This document shows positions 40,078 through 52,900 of a DNA stretch of 64,000 nucleotides, piece after piece (positions within the stretch are counted from its first letter, which is position 1; each line of letters starts with the position of its first letter). The translations under genes and the position numbers were made by a program. Under the pieces are notes generated by a model, which did no database searches, was not told the origin of the DNA, and was given only the letters and a program-made list of their open reading frames with translations. Location: positions 885,092 to 949,091 of the forward strand of contig NMRA01000068.1 of assembly GCA_002633005.1 (NCBI GenBank). Direction: 5' to 3'. This DNA comes from Phoronis australis. Its lineage: Eukaryota; Animalia; Phoronida.

Positions 40078-41347
40078 TGCAGCGAATGCATGAAGCATTC
40101 GACGGCTTAGAAGGGATTATTTGTATTGCGGATGTCATACTTATTTTTGGTTCAGGGGATACTGCAATAGAAGCTGAAAAAGTCACGATCAGAATCTTCT
40201 TGCTTTTATGGAAAGGTGTCGGGAGCGTAACCTGAAGTTAAACCCTTACAGGGTCCAGTTCAAAAAAGATGAGATTGATGAATTCATGGGCCACAGAATT
40301 TCATACCAGGGAGTTAGTCCGGATCCTGAAAAGGTGCGTTCCATAGTTGAGATGCCCATTCCGTCTGACAAAAAAGCTGTGCAACGTTTCATTGGCATGA
40401 TAACTTGAACATGTTTTGCCCCTCGTTATTGTTGATTGTCCATCCTCTTTGTAATTTAACCAGGGAAGATGTTCCTTTTGTCTGGCCTCCGCATGTAACT
40501 CAGCCTTTGAAAGGTCCAAAGAAGTCACTGCTAGCGCCCCGTGCCTGGCTTTCTTTGATCCTACAAAACCTATTGTTCTTCAAACCGACGCTTCAGAATC
40601 TGCCCTGGGGACATGTCTTCTGCAACCAAATGGCGATTCTTTATAACCCGTGTCATATGCTTCCTGTCAAATCCATCCCAATGAGTGCCTTTGCAGGCGC
40701 ACATAGAAAAAGAAACGTTGGCTATTAGTGTTGCTTGTGAAAAATGGCGACTTTTGGTTGTATGGCCACAATGTGGAAGTTCACACACATCACCAGCCAC
40801 TGGAGAGCATTTTCAAAAAACCACTGGCAAAGGCACCATAACGCAACAGTACAACATCTCGGTCGTTTATAAGAAGGGAAAATCTCTAATACTGGTTGAT
40901 ACTCTTTCTAGGCCCCCTGTTTCCGACACTCATTCTAAATCTCCAGATCTTGAAGAGTTCAGATTAGAGGTTTTTGCAGAAGATAGTATGCCTAACAGTA
41001 GGTTGAAATCAAACACAGCTCTAAGTTTAAAATCTTCAACTCCTGTTGATCTTGTTACGAGAGAACTTATGGTTTACATAACAAGTAGATGGCCTTCTTC
41101 CAAAAAGTCATTGCCTCTTGAACTTGTCCCCTTCTGGAACTTTCGCGATGAACTGTCTGTTTCTGGAGGAGTGATTTGTAGAGGTTTACAGGCAGTAGTG
41201 ACCAAGGATTTGAGAAGAGATATGCTGAAGAAAGTTCATGCTTCTCACCAAGGGGCAGAGAGTTGTGTCAGATTTGCTAGGGACATTATTTTGTGGCCAG
41301 ATAAGTGTAAAAACTGTAGTAAGTGTGCAGAGTTTATGCGAGAGAAG

Positions 41348-41430
41348 TCTCAGCCTATGTTGTCTCAGCCTATGTTGTCTCAGCCTATGTTGTCTCAGCC
41401 TATGTTGTCTCAGCCTATGTTGTCTAAGCC
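41348..41430 (+). repeat. 15-bp in-frame tandem repeat (SQPML x5) in the integrase of element A
   Basis: TCTCAGCCTATGTTG repeated 5 times. Confidence 0.9.
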
Positions 41431-42570
41431 TATATCCGATTATGCGTGGCAGTTTGTTAGTCAAGATCTGTTTCACTTTCAAAGTACAAATTATTTGGTG
41501 ACTGTGGACCATTTTTCTGATTTTCTGGAGGTAGATGTCTTTCCCGACACCCTTGTGGACACAGTTGTTCGCTTCACTGCAGGTCATTTTGCCCGTTATG
41601 GCGTACCTGAGTTATTACTAACCGATAATGGTCCCCAGTTCATAAGTAAGGAGTTTACCAATTTTTGTACTCGTTATGATGTTGAGTATATTACTTCATC
41701 CCCAGGAAAATGGTAAAGCAGAGGCAGGTCAAATTTTACGCTGTCGCAGCGCTGTTTAGGTCGCAGAACCAGAACTACTCTGCCAATGGCTATAGTGCAG
41801 CTATTACCATGCAATGCGTCCTCTGTCGTTCGCTAGGAAATAAGTAAAAAAGATTAGTCGCTAATACATATTACGATAGGGCCAGAGGAGTTATTTCTGA
41901 TCTCCCAGAACTAGCTGTTGGTGATAGGGTTGATACCAAGCCTTCTTTGCATAATCGGGGTACACCTTGGGCACATGGAGAAATTGTCGCAAATCCATCA
42001 CCGAGATCTTATGTAGTTGCCACTGATAGGGTTTGGTATGACGTAACAGGAAACAAATTCGTGCAGACAACGCTGCGAGTGGTAGTGGTCTGGATCAGCA
42101 CAGTGCTCCATTGCCAGATTATTATTCAGAGTGGTCAAGACCAGTCCGGTGCCCCATTCCCAGCTTCTCAGAAGGATCCTGTCACTAAAAGTTCGAAGGT
42201 GCATGATCATTATCTGGTTACCCCATCTGTCTTCTGAGTCCACCGTTCCTTTGACGTCACCCTATGTAACAAGATCTGGCCGCGTTGTTAAACACCTAAG
42301 CCTTTTGATTGTTGATAAAGTGCACTTAAGTGTTGGAGAACGTACTGAAGTGTTTTAAACTTTCTATTTTTCTTACTTTATGTTTGTGTAGTTGTATTTT
42401 TTAAAGTATTTCGTATTAAGTTTTTTTTTTTAAAGAAACGAATGGAAAGGGAGAGATGTTATAGAGTGACACCTATCAGTTAGAGAATAAAGTACTTCCA
42501 TTCAGAGAAGTTGTGTGATTCTTTATTCGTCTCAATCTTGTGATTTATCTGTTGTCCCGAACCATTAACA

Positions 42571-43560
42571 AGATCTGCAAAGTCATCATCTGTTGTCACC
42601 TTCATATAAATACACAAGTCAAATTAAACATCCTGCAGAGTGTTTAGGAGATACTGCCCCAGACACAATGAAAACATAACTGCCACTAGGAGGCGGCATA
42701 GTAACCAGCATGATCCACAAATTATCATCAGTCATTCTCTTCCCAGATATGCCAACTTTCACTATCAATCTAAGAGTGGTTTGGCTGACAGATAAGAAGA
42801 TGCAAAAACAGACTAAAAACAAAAAGCAGCCTCTAGGTGTCGTGCAGTAAGTCAAATCCAGCTGAAAATGAAAAGGTGTTATAGCTTCTGTTCAACAATC
42901 AATTTGCCAAATTTCATAAAAATCCGTCAAAGAACTCTAAAGATACAGAGGAAATCTGAAAAAAAATTGCCAATAGGGCACACAGCAGAAGTCGTATCCG
43001 AAAGAAATTTGTCACCATCTGCTCTCACCTTCATATAAATACACTTGGCAAATTCAACAAAGATTCTGCAGAGAGGATTTAGGAGATATCGCCATGGACG
43101 CACCAAACAAAACTGCCACTAGGAGGAGCCACTGTAGTTAGAACTGTCCAAAAATTGTCAGCTGTCCTTTTCCTAGTAGGAAACTATTACCAATTTTGGT
43201 AATCATCCTTACTGTGGTTTGGTCTATAAAGGAATGAATAGCAACACACAAAAAACTGTAAAAATGGCCATAAGGTGGCGCAAAATATGTCAAATCCATA
43301 TCGAAATGCGAATTGTGGCCTAATCTTCCTACTAGAAATCTGCCAAATTTCATGATTCAGAAAATCTGTTAAGGAACTCCAAAGGTACAGAGGCAAAGAT
43401 AAACAACTAAATTTGACACTAGGGTACACACCGGCAGTCGGATTTGACTGAATATGTGGTCTCATGAACATACATCACAGGATTTTGGAGATAAGCAGTG
43501 GATGCCAGATCCCGGCCAAAGATGATGACATAATGCACCCACACTCTGCATGACACTCAG
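42571..43560. repeat. Dispersed repeat family with recurring GCCACTAGG / CCAAATTTCA..GATCC modules
   Basis: Similar modules at ~5150-6170, ~14560-15420 and ~32350-32954 (this copy is split by Gypsy A); family not identified. Confidence 0.45.
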
Positions 43561-43903
43561 ATTTACCAATGAAATTTTCACCTGCTACGAACTTGCAAGA
43601 TCAAACAATTTCATTCTTAAAAGTCCCACACAAGCTAAAATTTCTAAACTTTAAATTGGAATAATTCAACTTAATAACAGCGAGTCTACCAGTTGAAACA
43701 ATCAGTGAACTTGCAGTTAATTTTCATGGGTAATTAAGAATGCTAACTTACCATATCAACCTAAACGAAGGGTTTCACCCCACCAACATTAACTATGGTT
43801 GCTTTATTGTATTGTTTGAAGATGGTGCTACAGTTGATTTTATGCATACAACATAGTGAGACTCCAAAACCAGATGAGCTGGCAAGGAATATCTTGAATT
43901 TAA

Positions 43904-43998
43904 TCATGACTGTTTCTTTCCATAAACAATAACGATTGGTTTGCCTTTTAATGGATATCCATTGACCAGTTGTAGGGCTTGAGTTGCTGCTTCAACAG
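43904..43998 (-). CDS. RBM41: RBM41-like exon 6 (RRM end, stop)
   Basis: VEAATQALQLVNGYPLKGKPIVIVYGKKQS*. Confidence 0.9.
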
Positions 43999-46900
43999 CT
44001 GAAATAGCAAGACAAACAAGCAGGATCAAAGTTAAGCATCAAAAACACACAGCTACAAAGAGAGAACACAACTTTTACATATTGAATTACTACAATAGAA
44101 TTGTATTTCTGTCAGTGAAAACCCCATTGCATACCGTACAGGTATGCTAGCAAATGAAACTGACAGCAGAACAGAATAGGAGTAAACACTGGGTTGACAA
44201 AAAGAATTGCCTGACAACATCCTCTAGATGTATGCCATGCTGATCAAAAAGTGAACACATGATGGTGAATGGTGACAACAATACAAATCATCCCATAGCA
44301 CAATATTATGAACACAAGATAGAGGTTTGTGGGTGGCCTACTGTGTTTGCCTGGGATAACATTGCCAACCTTATCCTTAGGTAGTATGATACATCACCTA
44401 ATTTTGGTTTATTATATTATGTATGTTTTCCAGGAAGTTGGCTTAAGGTTGGGAATGATAAAGCATCTACGCACAAGACTTGAAGACACAGATTCCAAAG
44501 AATCTTAACAAAATCTCAAAAGCCTTTTCTTACAAGACTGCATTCTATCCTTGGCTATTTAACAACATGGTTGGTACCAGCAAATTAAAGGTTAGGAATG
44601 CTATCATTTTCCTACCTAACAAATGTTCAGATGAACCGTTTAAGATAATACATTTCAATAAGCATTTTTGTACTAATTTTAGTGCAAAACAGAAACAAGA
44701 TGGTGGCCAGTTGGAAAATGAGTCGAATGGTCTGCTCATTTTTAGCAGAGTGGCAGCAGACCGCAGTGGAGACTTCCTTGCAGTTTCTTAAATATTGAAC
44801 AAAGTGACGACTATGGTGGGGACCGAGCTAGTAAAACCTAACAGACCATTGCTTGTCTGGTCGGAGTCAGCTAGACAACCGGTCAAGGAGTAGTTGACAA
44901 TCAGTCATGTGAAAACCCATGACCTGTGTTGCACATCCTGTATGTGAAAACTTCTTACTGTGAAATGTAACAAAGGCTTGTCCCTTCATCCTTCCTGATA
45001 ACAAGTTATACGAGACCTTTGCATCACTCTCATTCTCATAACGTTGAAATAATGACACCAGGTCCACCTCCGTAATCTTTGGTGACAGGTTCTTTAAAAA
45101 CAGTGTCTAGAAAATAAAGCAGAGAGTATGGTTCATCAACAACAGTTTCCTTAAAGCAGTAAAAACCTGGCTTAGTGCCTTCCATCACAAAAACTCATCA
45201 CAGAACTTGCATTGCATCACAAAACCTGCCTTTCATCACAAAAACCTGCCTTCCATAACAAAAACCCATCACAAAACTTGCTTTCAATCCCAAAACCTGC
45301 CTTTCATCACAGAAACATGCCTTCCACCACAAAACCTGCCTTCCATCACAAAAATCCGCCTTCCATTCCAAAATCTGCCTTCTATCACAAAAACCTGTCT
45401 TCTATCACAAAAAACAATTTATGATTTCGACCATTTACAGCTATGAAATGCATCTCAAACTGTTACTTCGTAAAGGGAACTGTCGGTTATTGCTAGGGAC
45501 CAAGTTGTAGCAATTACCTTGTCACATCATGTCATTTTATGTGCCAAGCATGGTCTCCAGGATAAATGAAATGTTTATATTTTGCAAAACCTAGAAACCA
45601 CTTCTCATTTCAGAAAGATACCAATTGAGATCAATTCCGTAGCGCAGACATCGGTCTCAACAAGATCTTTTGCTTGGTACTGTGCAACGAACCTGACCCT
45701 ATACTGACACTACAGGTAACCTACAAACAAATTTCAACTTTTTAGTCTTTTATCCAAGATGACACATTAAAAATTTCACATTCATCAAAATGTCATTTTG
45801 GTTATTTTCTAAATAATATTTACAATGCCTATAATCCCGCTTTCTGTTGCTTTAGACCACTTACAGTTATGAAATTGTTCTCAAATTATTCATTAGTCAA
45901 AATAAATGTGATTTCAGGGCTAGAAAAAAACTGACAGTTCTCTTTTACTTGCGACCAAGCTCTACAATGACTTGTCACGATGTGTCATTTTATACACTAA
46001 GCATGATCTCCAAGAATAATTGTCAATTCTTTGCAAGAATAAAAGTCATTTCCAATAAAACTAAAGGAAACGTTAAGGCTAATTTTATACTGGTATGTGG
46101 TCTAAATCAAAATTTAGTTTCTTTGATGGAACACAGGTTCACTGCACCTTTAGGGTTATCTCAAGCCTTATTTGGCGGCCACCATTCTAACTCATATAAT
46201 CAAAAACGGGCTTTGTCAACTAATAAAAGTACATGATTTCTGATAAAAAGATTAAGTAATATAAAAATATGTTTATATTTATGTAACATTATTATTATTA
46301 CGTTATCACTTTTTAAGTTAAGACAAATTTTCATCTTTAAGAAAGAATTAAAGGTACATTCATAGCAAAATAACCCTTGGGTCGATTTTAATGAAACCTT
46401 TTTTAACGAAAACTTCACCTTTTACTTCAAAAATGCTTTTAAGAATTTTTGATAAAAGACCAATTTTAGCGTAATGTAACAAAGAAGAATGTGACTGATA
46501 TTTTTTAGAAAAATACCTTACGTTTTGCAAGTTGATTTGTCATAGAAACCAAATGAAAACACTAACCGTGTTTTTTGAGATTGATGAATAAATATCAAAT
46601 TTGGAAAGTTTCAGCAAAATTCATCAATTAAGCCGCTTTCGAGAATTTGTGTTCCTAAGTTCAAATTCAGTCGATTTGCTGAAGCCAAGAAAAAGCCGAT
46701 TAAGTGTTGAGACGTGAAAAACTCAAGGTATTTGGTTAATTACACGGTGAAAACTTTGTTTTTGGTCAGTATAACCTATAGATGTCTTAACCATGTTTGT
46801 TATTTCAACATTCATGCCCAATGTCAATTGAATTTGCAGTGCGTAATGAACTAATAATTATCACGTTTAATCAGGCCAGTCGATTTCCAATGCATAGAGT

Positions 46901-49900
46901 CTAACTAGGTCATGCGGGCGAAGCCAGCATATTAAGTGGGTCAATCTGGTGCATTGTGGTCCACTTTAAAGTAGGTCAAAACTTCATAGTTATAAACACC
47001 ATGCGCCGGGAGACTGATACGAAACCAAGTACGAAATGCATAACAGAAATCGAGTTGGTGGTTAAAGCACGTCATGAGCATGAGATCGAAACGGCGAAAT
47101 GTCAAATTACTTATCAGGATGTATCTCTTTTCACAACTTGCCGTGTTTGTGAACACAAAGACAAGAGGCATGAGGCAACTCACAACATTTGTTTTTAACG
47201 GTTGTATGCATAAAGACACACAACTCTCAGGATCAAAACTACGATCTGTCGTTTTCGCCGGCACCTTTCTGACACATGTACACGTCGCTGACTCAATATT
47301 ATGACAACTCGGTGAATGAAAGGGCTGATGGTACATATGGAACAGCTCTGAGCCTGGCGGAAGATTCAGTATGGGTGAAGGCCCCGTAACCTTTAATCTC
47401 GGATAAGTAGAAAACAAATTTCCACGCCGTTGTGCGGTTCCAAGGTAGATATGTTAAATCTTTTTTTCTAGCTACACACAGTAAAGGTTTCGAATTTGAA
47501 GTTTCCCGAGAATGAAGATAATGTATTTGCCTTGACACATGTGAAATATTGTAAAAATGGCTAATTTTTGTGAATAAGGTTTGAGATATCCTTAATTCCA
47601 CTTGACACATAGAAGGACCAATTCAAAAACAATTCTCCTTTTGTAAGCCATATAATACATCATCGTTGTTGCCCTGCTTTTGCATATTATATACTACAAT
47701 ACAAAAATAACCAACACACCAGTCATCTTCATTAACTGGCATTTAACTACCACTGGTTAAAGCGTGTGTTAAGTGATGTTACTGAAAGTGAAACCGAATT
47801 TCATGCAAAGCACTGAAAATACAAAACAAAACAGTCCAGTGGAGCAGAGCAATTAAAAAAGGCTCATCAGAAGCTGGAGAAGAGACAACATGGACAAACA
47901 AGAACTCAAATTATCAAACACATCAATCAATGCTAATGACTAATCCAAAGTAAACTCACATTATTTGGAGTTCCTGGAACATAGTTTTTAAATCTTGGAA
48001 TCATTTTTAACTCCGTCAAGTTCAGCTTATACCTCTGTATCACTTCCTCAGGAATACTCTCCACACATCCAGCTAAGGCACACTCTTTCTCATGATCACG
48101 GCGAGTCTGAGGTCCAGCCACCACCTCTGAGACAACAGGATCTCTGTTGCTATCAAAATCAATTCCTGTATTGTTATCGTCCTCACTATCCTGATCGTCA
48201 CTTTCCGGCACAAAATCATCCATCTTCTTTTTACCTTTAGGTACTTCGTGGTAGTCACTTCTACTGTGCTTCAGAAATGGACTTGATATCAAATGCCTGT
48301 GAACTTCAGGTGGGGCATCGGAGTTTGGTAATAACACATTCAAGTTACTCTTAATGTCCATGTTGTTATTACGTTTCACAGCAGCCTCTGGCCTGACCAA
48401 GCAGCTCAACAACTTCCCACTGTCCTTGTTGTGAGATAAAACTCGTTCTAAATCCATTTCATGCCTTGAAAGGACCTTTGCACCAGTGAATTGGTCCGGT
48501 TTCTTTAGCTCCTTTAATTTTGATTTGATTTTCTCTTCAATGCCATGCAGTCTTTCCGACACTGTGGTTGGATCAGTGCCATACCTCTTGGTATTAAACT
48601 AAAACACATGAAATTGACAACTTGAATTCTATGAGAATTCAGTGTAAGACACTAAAGAGAATTGTTTCAGCAGTGCTTGAGGTCAGCGCAAAACAATTAG
48701 CTCCCATAATAGCCAACATTCACTATTTATAGCAAAATGTGAATTGTAAAAGAACATATGTTTCAGTTTACAGTCAAATTAAGACTTGGTTATCTTAGTT
48801 GTGATGTGCATGGATACTTGTGAGGAAACTGGCAGCATGACACCTATATTTTGAAACTCATTCATTATTATACAAACAATACAGGCTAGAAGTACTCAGA
48901 TATGAAATTCCCGTCATGACGGCAGAAGAGGAATGCATCAGCAGAGAAGCCTTCCCTCAAAACCAAGAAAGAAGAGGCACTAACAGGGAAGTTATTATGG
49001 TAGCTAAGTAAGCCATGTAAGTAAAAGTTTGCAACCATAATAGTCATAACAAGTTATTTTTGCTGTTAGCAGAATTAGCAGTCACGACTGACTGCATTTT
49101 GTCTGATTACTTTTGTCATGTACTCGGTAAATCCTTTACTACACTGGGAAGAGGCAAAATGATGTATAGTACAGAGCAGTGAAGGAAGCAATTCAAAACT
49201 AATCTTTTATTAACAAACTACTCACCTTGGACTTAGCGTCAGTAGCATCGTGTTCAAGTTTATAGATGATTTCATCATCAGAAAGTCCCAGCTGTCTCAA
49301 GTTTTCTGTTTTTTTAGCATATTCTGCCATGTCCTTGTAATCACAAAAACTCATTTCTCCAGAAACGTCTTTGGTTAAGGGCTGCAAGATGGTAGATTTG
49401 GTGAAGGTACGGTAATTTGCCTCATGGCTGAAAAAGAAAATACCGAAGAGTAAGAGCATAATATTTACAATTTGTCAGCAACACAGACTACGTTTTTGGC
49501 AATATCCAAAAGGTTGAAGGAAATGTGTTTGTGACTAGGAAGCTATAAGGTTTGTGTACAAAACTTAGTTTGGGTGGTTGGGTAAAAATATACAAACCAC
49601 AAAAAGACAATGGAGAACCTTTGAAGACTTCACTCACATGAGGGTGCTATGACCAAATCAGATGTAGATGTGATTTCGCGTGAAATCATGGACGATAACA
49701 AGATATTTTCTGTTCCGAAATACTCAAATGAAGAAGAGAATTATTTCTTGTGTCAGGCGCTAGTTACATTCATGTAAGTGTAATAAACCTGTTAAAACAC
49801 TTTTCAAATATGTTTACAAATTTGTTTGAAGCTTCCACGGGTTGATGAATATAAAAGAACAATAAGTTGCTTCAAGGATCTATGAAATGATCAAGTCATA

Positions 49901-52900
49901 ATTGACTCTGTTTTTGCCAAACAAAACAGAGTTTGTATCTACTGAAACTAAAATACCAGAACAGAAATGTCTCATTTCATACAAAATTGCAAAAAACAAG
50001 GTCATACCCTTTCAAAGAGAGGGTCTTGTCAGTTTGTTTCTCTCGCAAGACCTTAAGTTGTCTCTCTGCTTCAGTTTCTATGTCTTCAGCAGGCAAATCA
50101 AGTCTTTGTCGCTTTATGCCATGGTCTGGAACCATTCTCACAACAGTGCTACTTTTGTACCTCAGAGGATTACCACTGAAACAATCACATACATGTCAGA
50201 ATCTTACACGGATGTCAACCAACTGGTTAGTTGTACACATTACTCCTGCTTCGTTTATCAAAGGGCCACGAGATGGAGTATGTATCAGGTTGTTTTAGAT
50301 TTGACACCAGGTGGAGCAACGATTATTCTGTGATTATTTTACTCTGCCCCATCTGGTGGCCGAGTGAAGAAGCGATCAAATGGAGTTGGATGGTTGTCAT
50401 CCAACAGCCAATAGCTGCCCTACCTGGTGGTGATAACTCCACGATCAGGCACAACATAAGTTAGAAGAAGGTTTGATATTCCATGGTATTGTGTGTTAGT
50501 GCTCAAGTACTTATTTTTCAAAAACATTTTTTGACCCAGCCGGGGTTCTTTCCACATCCGTACTCATTCCAAAACCGACACTTATTCCAAACTGGCACTT
50601 ATTCAACAGTTTTTGCAGACCCCATTCTCACTTACTGTTGAGTGCGGACTCATAAATCATTAAATAAACAAGATGAGTTATAACAATGAACTTTAGAAGT
50701 CATATTTTAATTGACAACTAGCAATATCTAAACGCACACTAACAAAATAGATTAAACGCAAGAGACCTTTCATTGTTGACAGTCTTTATTCCGTTATGTT
50801 CATACCTTCGGAACAAAACTCTACTCTCAACTGAACACAGATAAAGTAACTGACCTAGTGACATAATTAAAACGCACATGATATTTCGAAATATACTTGT
50901 TGACAAATGGTTGTTTACTTCGATCACAGCTCGTTTTAATAAAAGGCGAAGGCAACCTTTTTTCATGTCACTGTTAGCAAAAATAAGGTCTGTCGATTAT
51001 CCCAGACATATTTTTCACGTAGTTACAGCTTTTTGTAATTTAATTAATTTCTCGTCCTCTACTCCGGAAGTGACGTTTTGGGAGGCAAGAATTTCGCACC
51101 AATTTCTTTTCATACAGTCAGACTGTGAGAGCTGTCAAGTCAATCACTGTTCTACCTCGGATGTGATAAGTTCGGTCGTCGTTTGCTCTTGTTTACAAGT
51201 CAGTCAACATGCCACGCTGTTGCTGCGTACTAGGATGTACTCATTATCGTCTCACACACGCTTTGGGTACCTTGCATCGCTTTCCGACGGATGACACACT
51301 TTGCCGTACTTGGCTAGCTCGTTCGTGTGAAGAACGCAGCGCTACCCGTTCACACAACGTACAAAGCAGTGGCAAGCATTTTCAGCCGTCAGATTACAAC
51401 AGAGATATGTACGCTGAATTGATGAAGGTCCCTGCGAAACAACACTTGAAGAAGGGCTCCATACCGTCGCTGTTGATTCCTGGCTAGCTCGTTCGTGTGA
51501 AGAACGCAGCGCTACCTGTTCACGCAACGTACAAAGCAGTGGCAAGCATTTTCAGCCGTCAGATTACAACAGAGATATGTACGCTGAATTGATGAAGGTC
51601 CCTGCGAAACAACACTTGAAGAAGGGCTCCATACTGTCGCTGTTGATTCCTGGCAGTGACACGTCGCCACCCCCGAGAAGTGCGTTTATGAAACGAGAAG
51701 CCTCACGAGCTGTGGCCACTATAAACAGTGACTGGAGGCACTTCATCTCCTGTCACCCATGCTTCCGAACGTACCCCATAGCGTGCAATTCCAGGAACTA
51801 GCAGTGATTCCCCATGTGCTGTTGTCTCTAGCCCACATCCTGTAAGCATCCCTGCGCGATGTTGAGTAGTGGGAGTGAATACAGCTCCAAATTGACACCC
51901 AGTGAAAAGGACACTTCGTCATCCAATGAACAGATCGGTGAGCCTAAGTTTGATAAGTTTATTGTGGACTTGTATTGGAGCTATTTAGAAGGTGCCACGT
52001 GTGTGACGAGGAAGTCGTACGGCGGGATGTAAGCAGTTTGGGTGCTCAAGTCACCATCCACTGGGAGTGTGTCGCGGGACACTCGGGCAAGTGGGACAGT
52101 TCTTCCTATGTACCCGAGACGACAATGAGTACATCTCGGTAGGCAACAACAGCGTGGCATGTTGACTGACTCGTAAACAAAAGCAAACGATGTCCGAACT
52201 TATCACATCCGAGGTAGAACAATGACTGACTTGACTGCTCTCACAGTCAGACTGTATGAAAAGAAATTGGCACGAATTCTTGCCTCCCAAAACGTCACTT
52301 CCGGAGTAGACGACGAGTAATTAATTAAAATACGAAAAGCTGTAAATAAGGAAAAATATTTCAGGGATAATCAACGAACCCTATTTTTGCTAAAAATGAC
52401 ATGAAAAAAGGTTGTCTTCGCCTTTAAACGTAACTATTCAAGTCATTAAGGAGTGAAGTGAGACGTTATTGGACCTGTCTCACTGCTACGCTGGCCTTCA
52501 GCCGCGCGCCCTCTGTCGGCATCGTAAGATGAGTGTTGTTCGTCTTGGAGACTGCCGACGTTGGCTGTCCCAGCTCATATGCCGGTGATGGCCAATGAGG
52601 GCGCAACATGGGCACTAGTCGGATATAATGGACCCTAACTTATTCCAAATAAATCCACTAAATGTAGGTCTAAATGAATGATTTTGGTATCGTTGCATTC
52701 CTCAGACATCTGGCAATCCGTATAAATCCTTTCCATGACCTCAATTACTCTAGTCTATAACTACGCCATTCCGAATTCGGTCCACTTTAGCCACGCGCAT
52801 GGTGAAATCGGCAGCCACTTCAGGGAACTTACTATATCTATCGCCATCTATCGGAGATTTGCTACAACGCGCGCTGTTCCTTTTGTCATCAGTCAACATG

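Larger units (their letters stand above)
32955..42570 (+). mobile_element. Ty3/Gypsy LTR retrotransposon A (outer element of a three-element mosaic)
   Basis: 114-bp LTRs 32955-33068 and 42457-42570; exact 4-bp TSD AGAT; PBS TGGTGTCAGGAGTG (tRNA-Leu); PPT GGAAAGGGAGAGA. Gag starts at ~33263. RT, RNase H and integrase fragments at 40077-42050. Confidence 0.92.

Noticed and set aside
46140-47780. Compositionally distinct block in RBM41 intron 4 with Cys-containing short ORFs (46941-47417)
   Set aside because: Probably a DNA transposon remnant, but no TIR, TSD or recognisable domain could be established.
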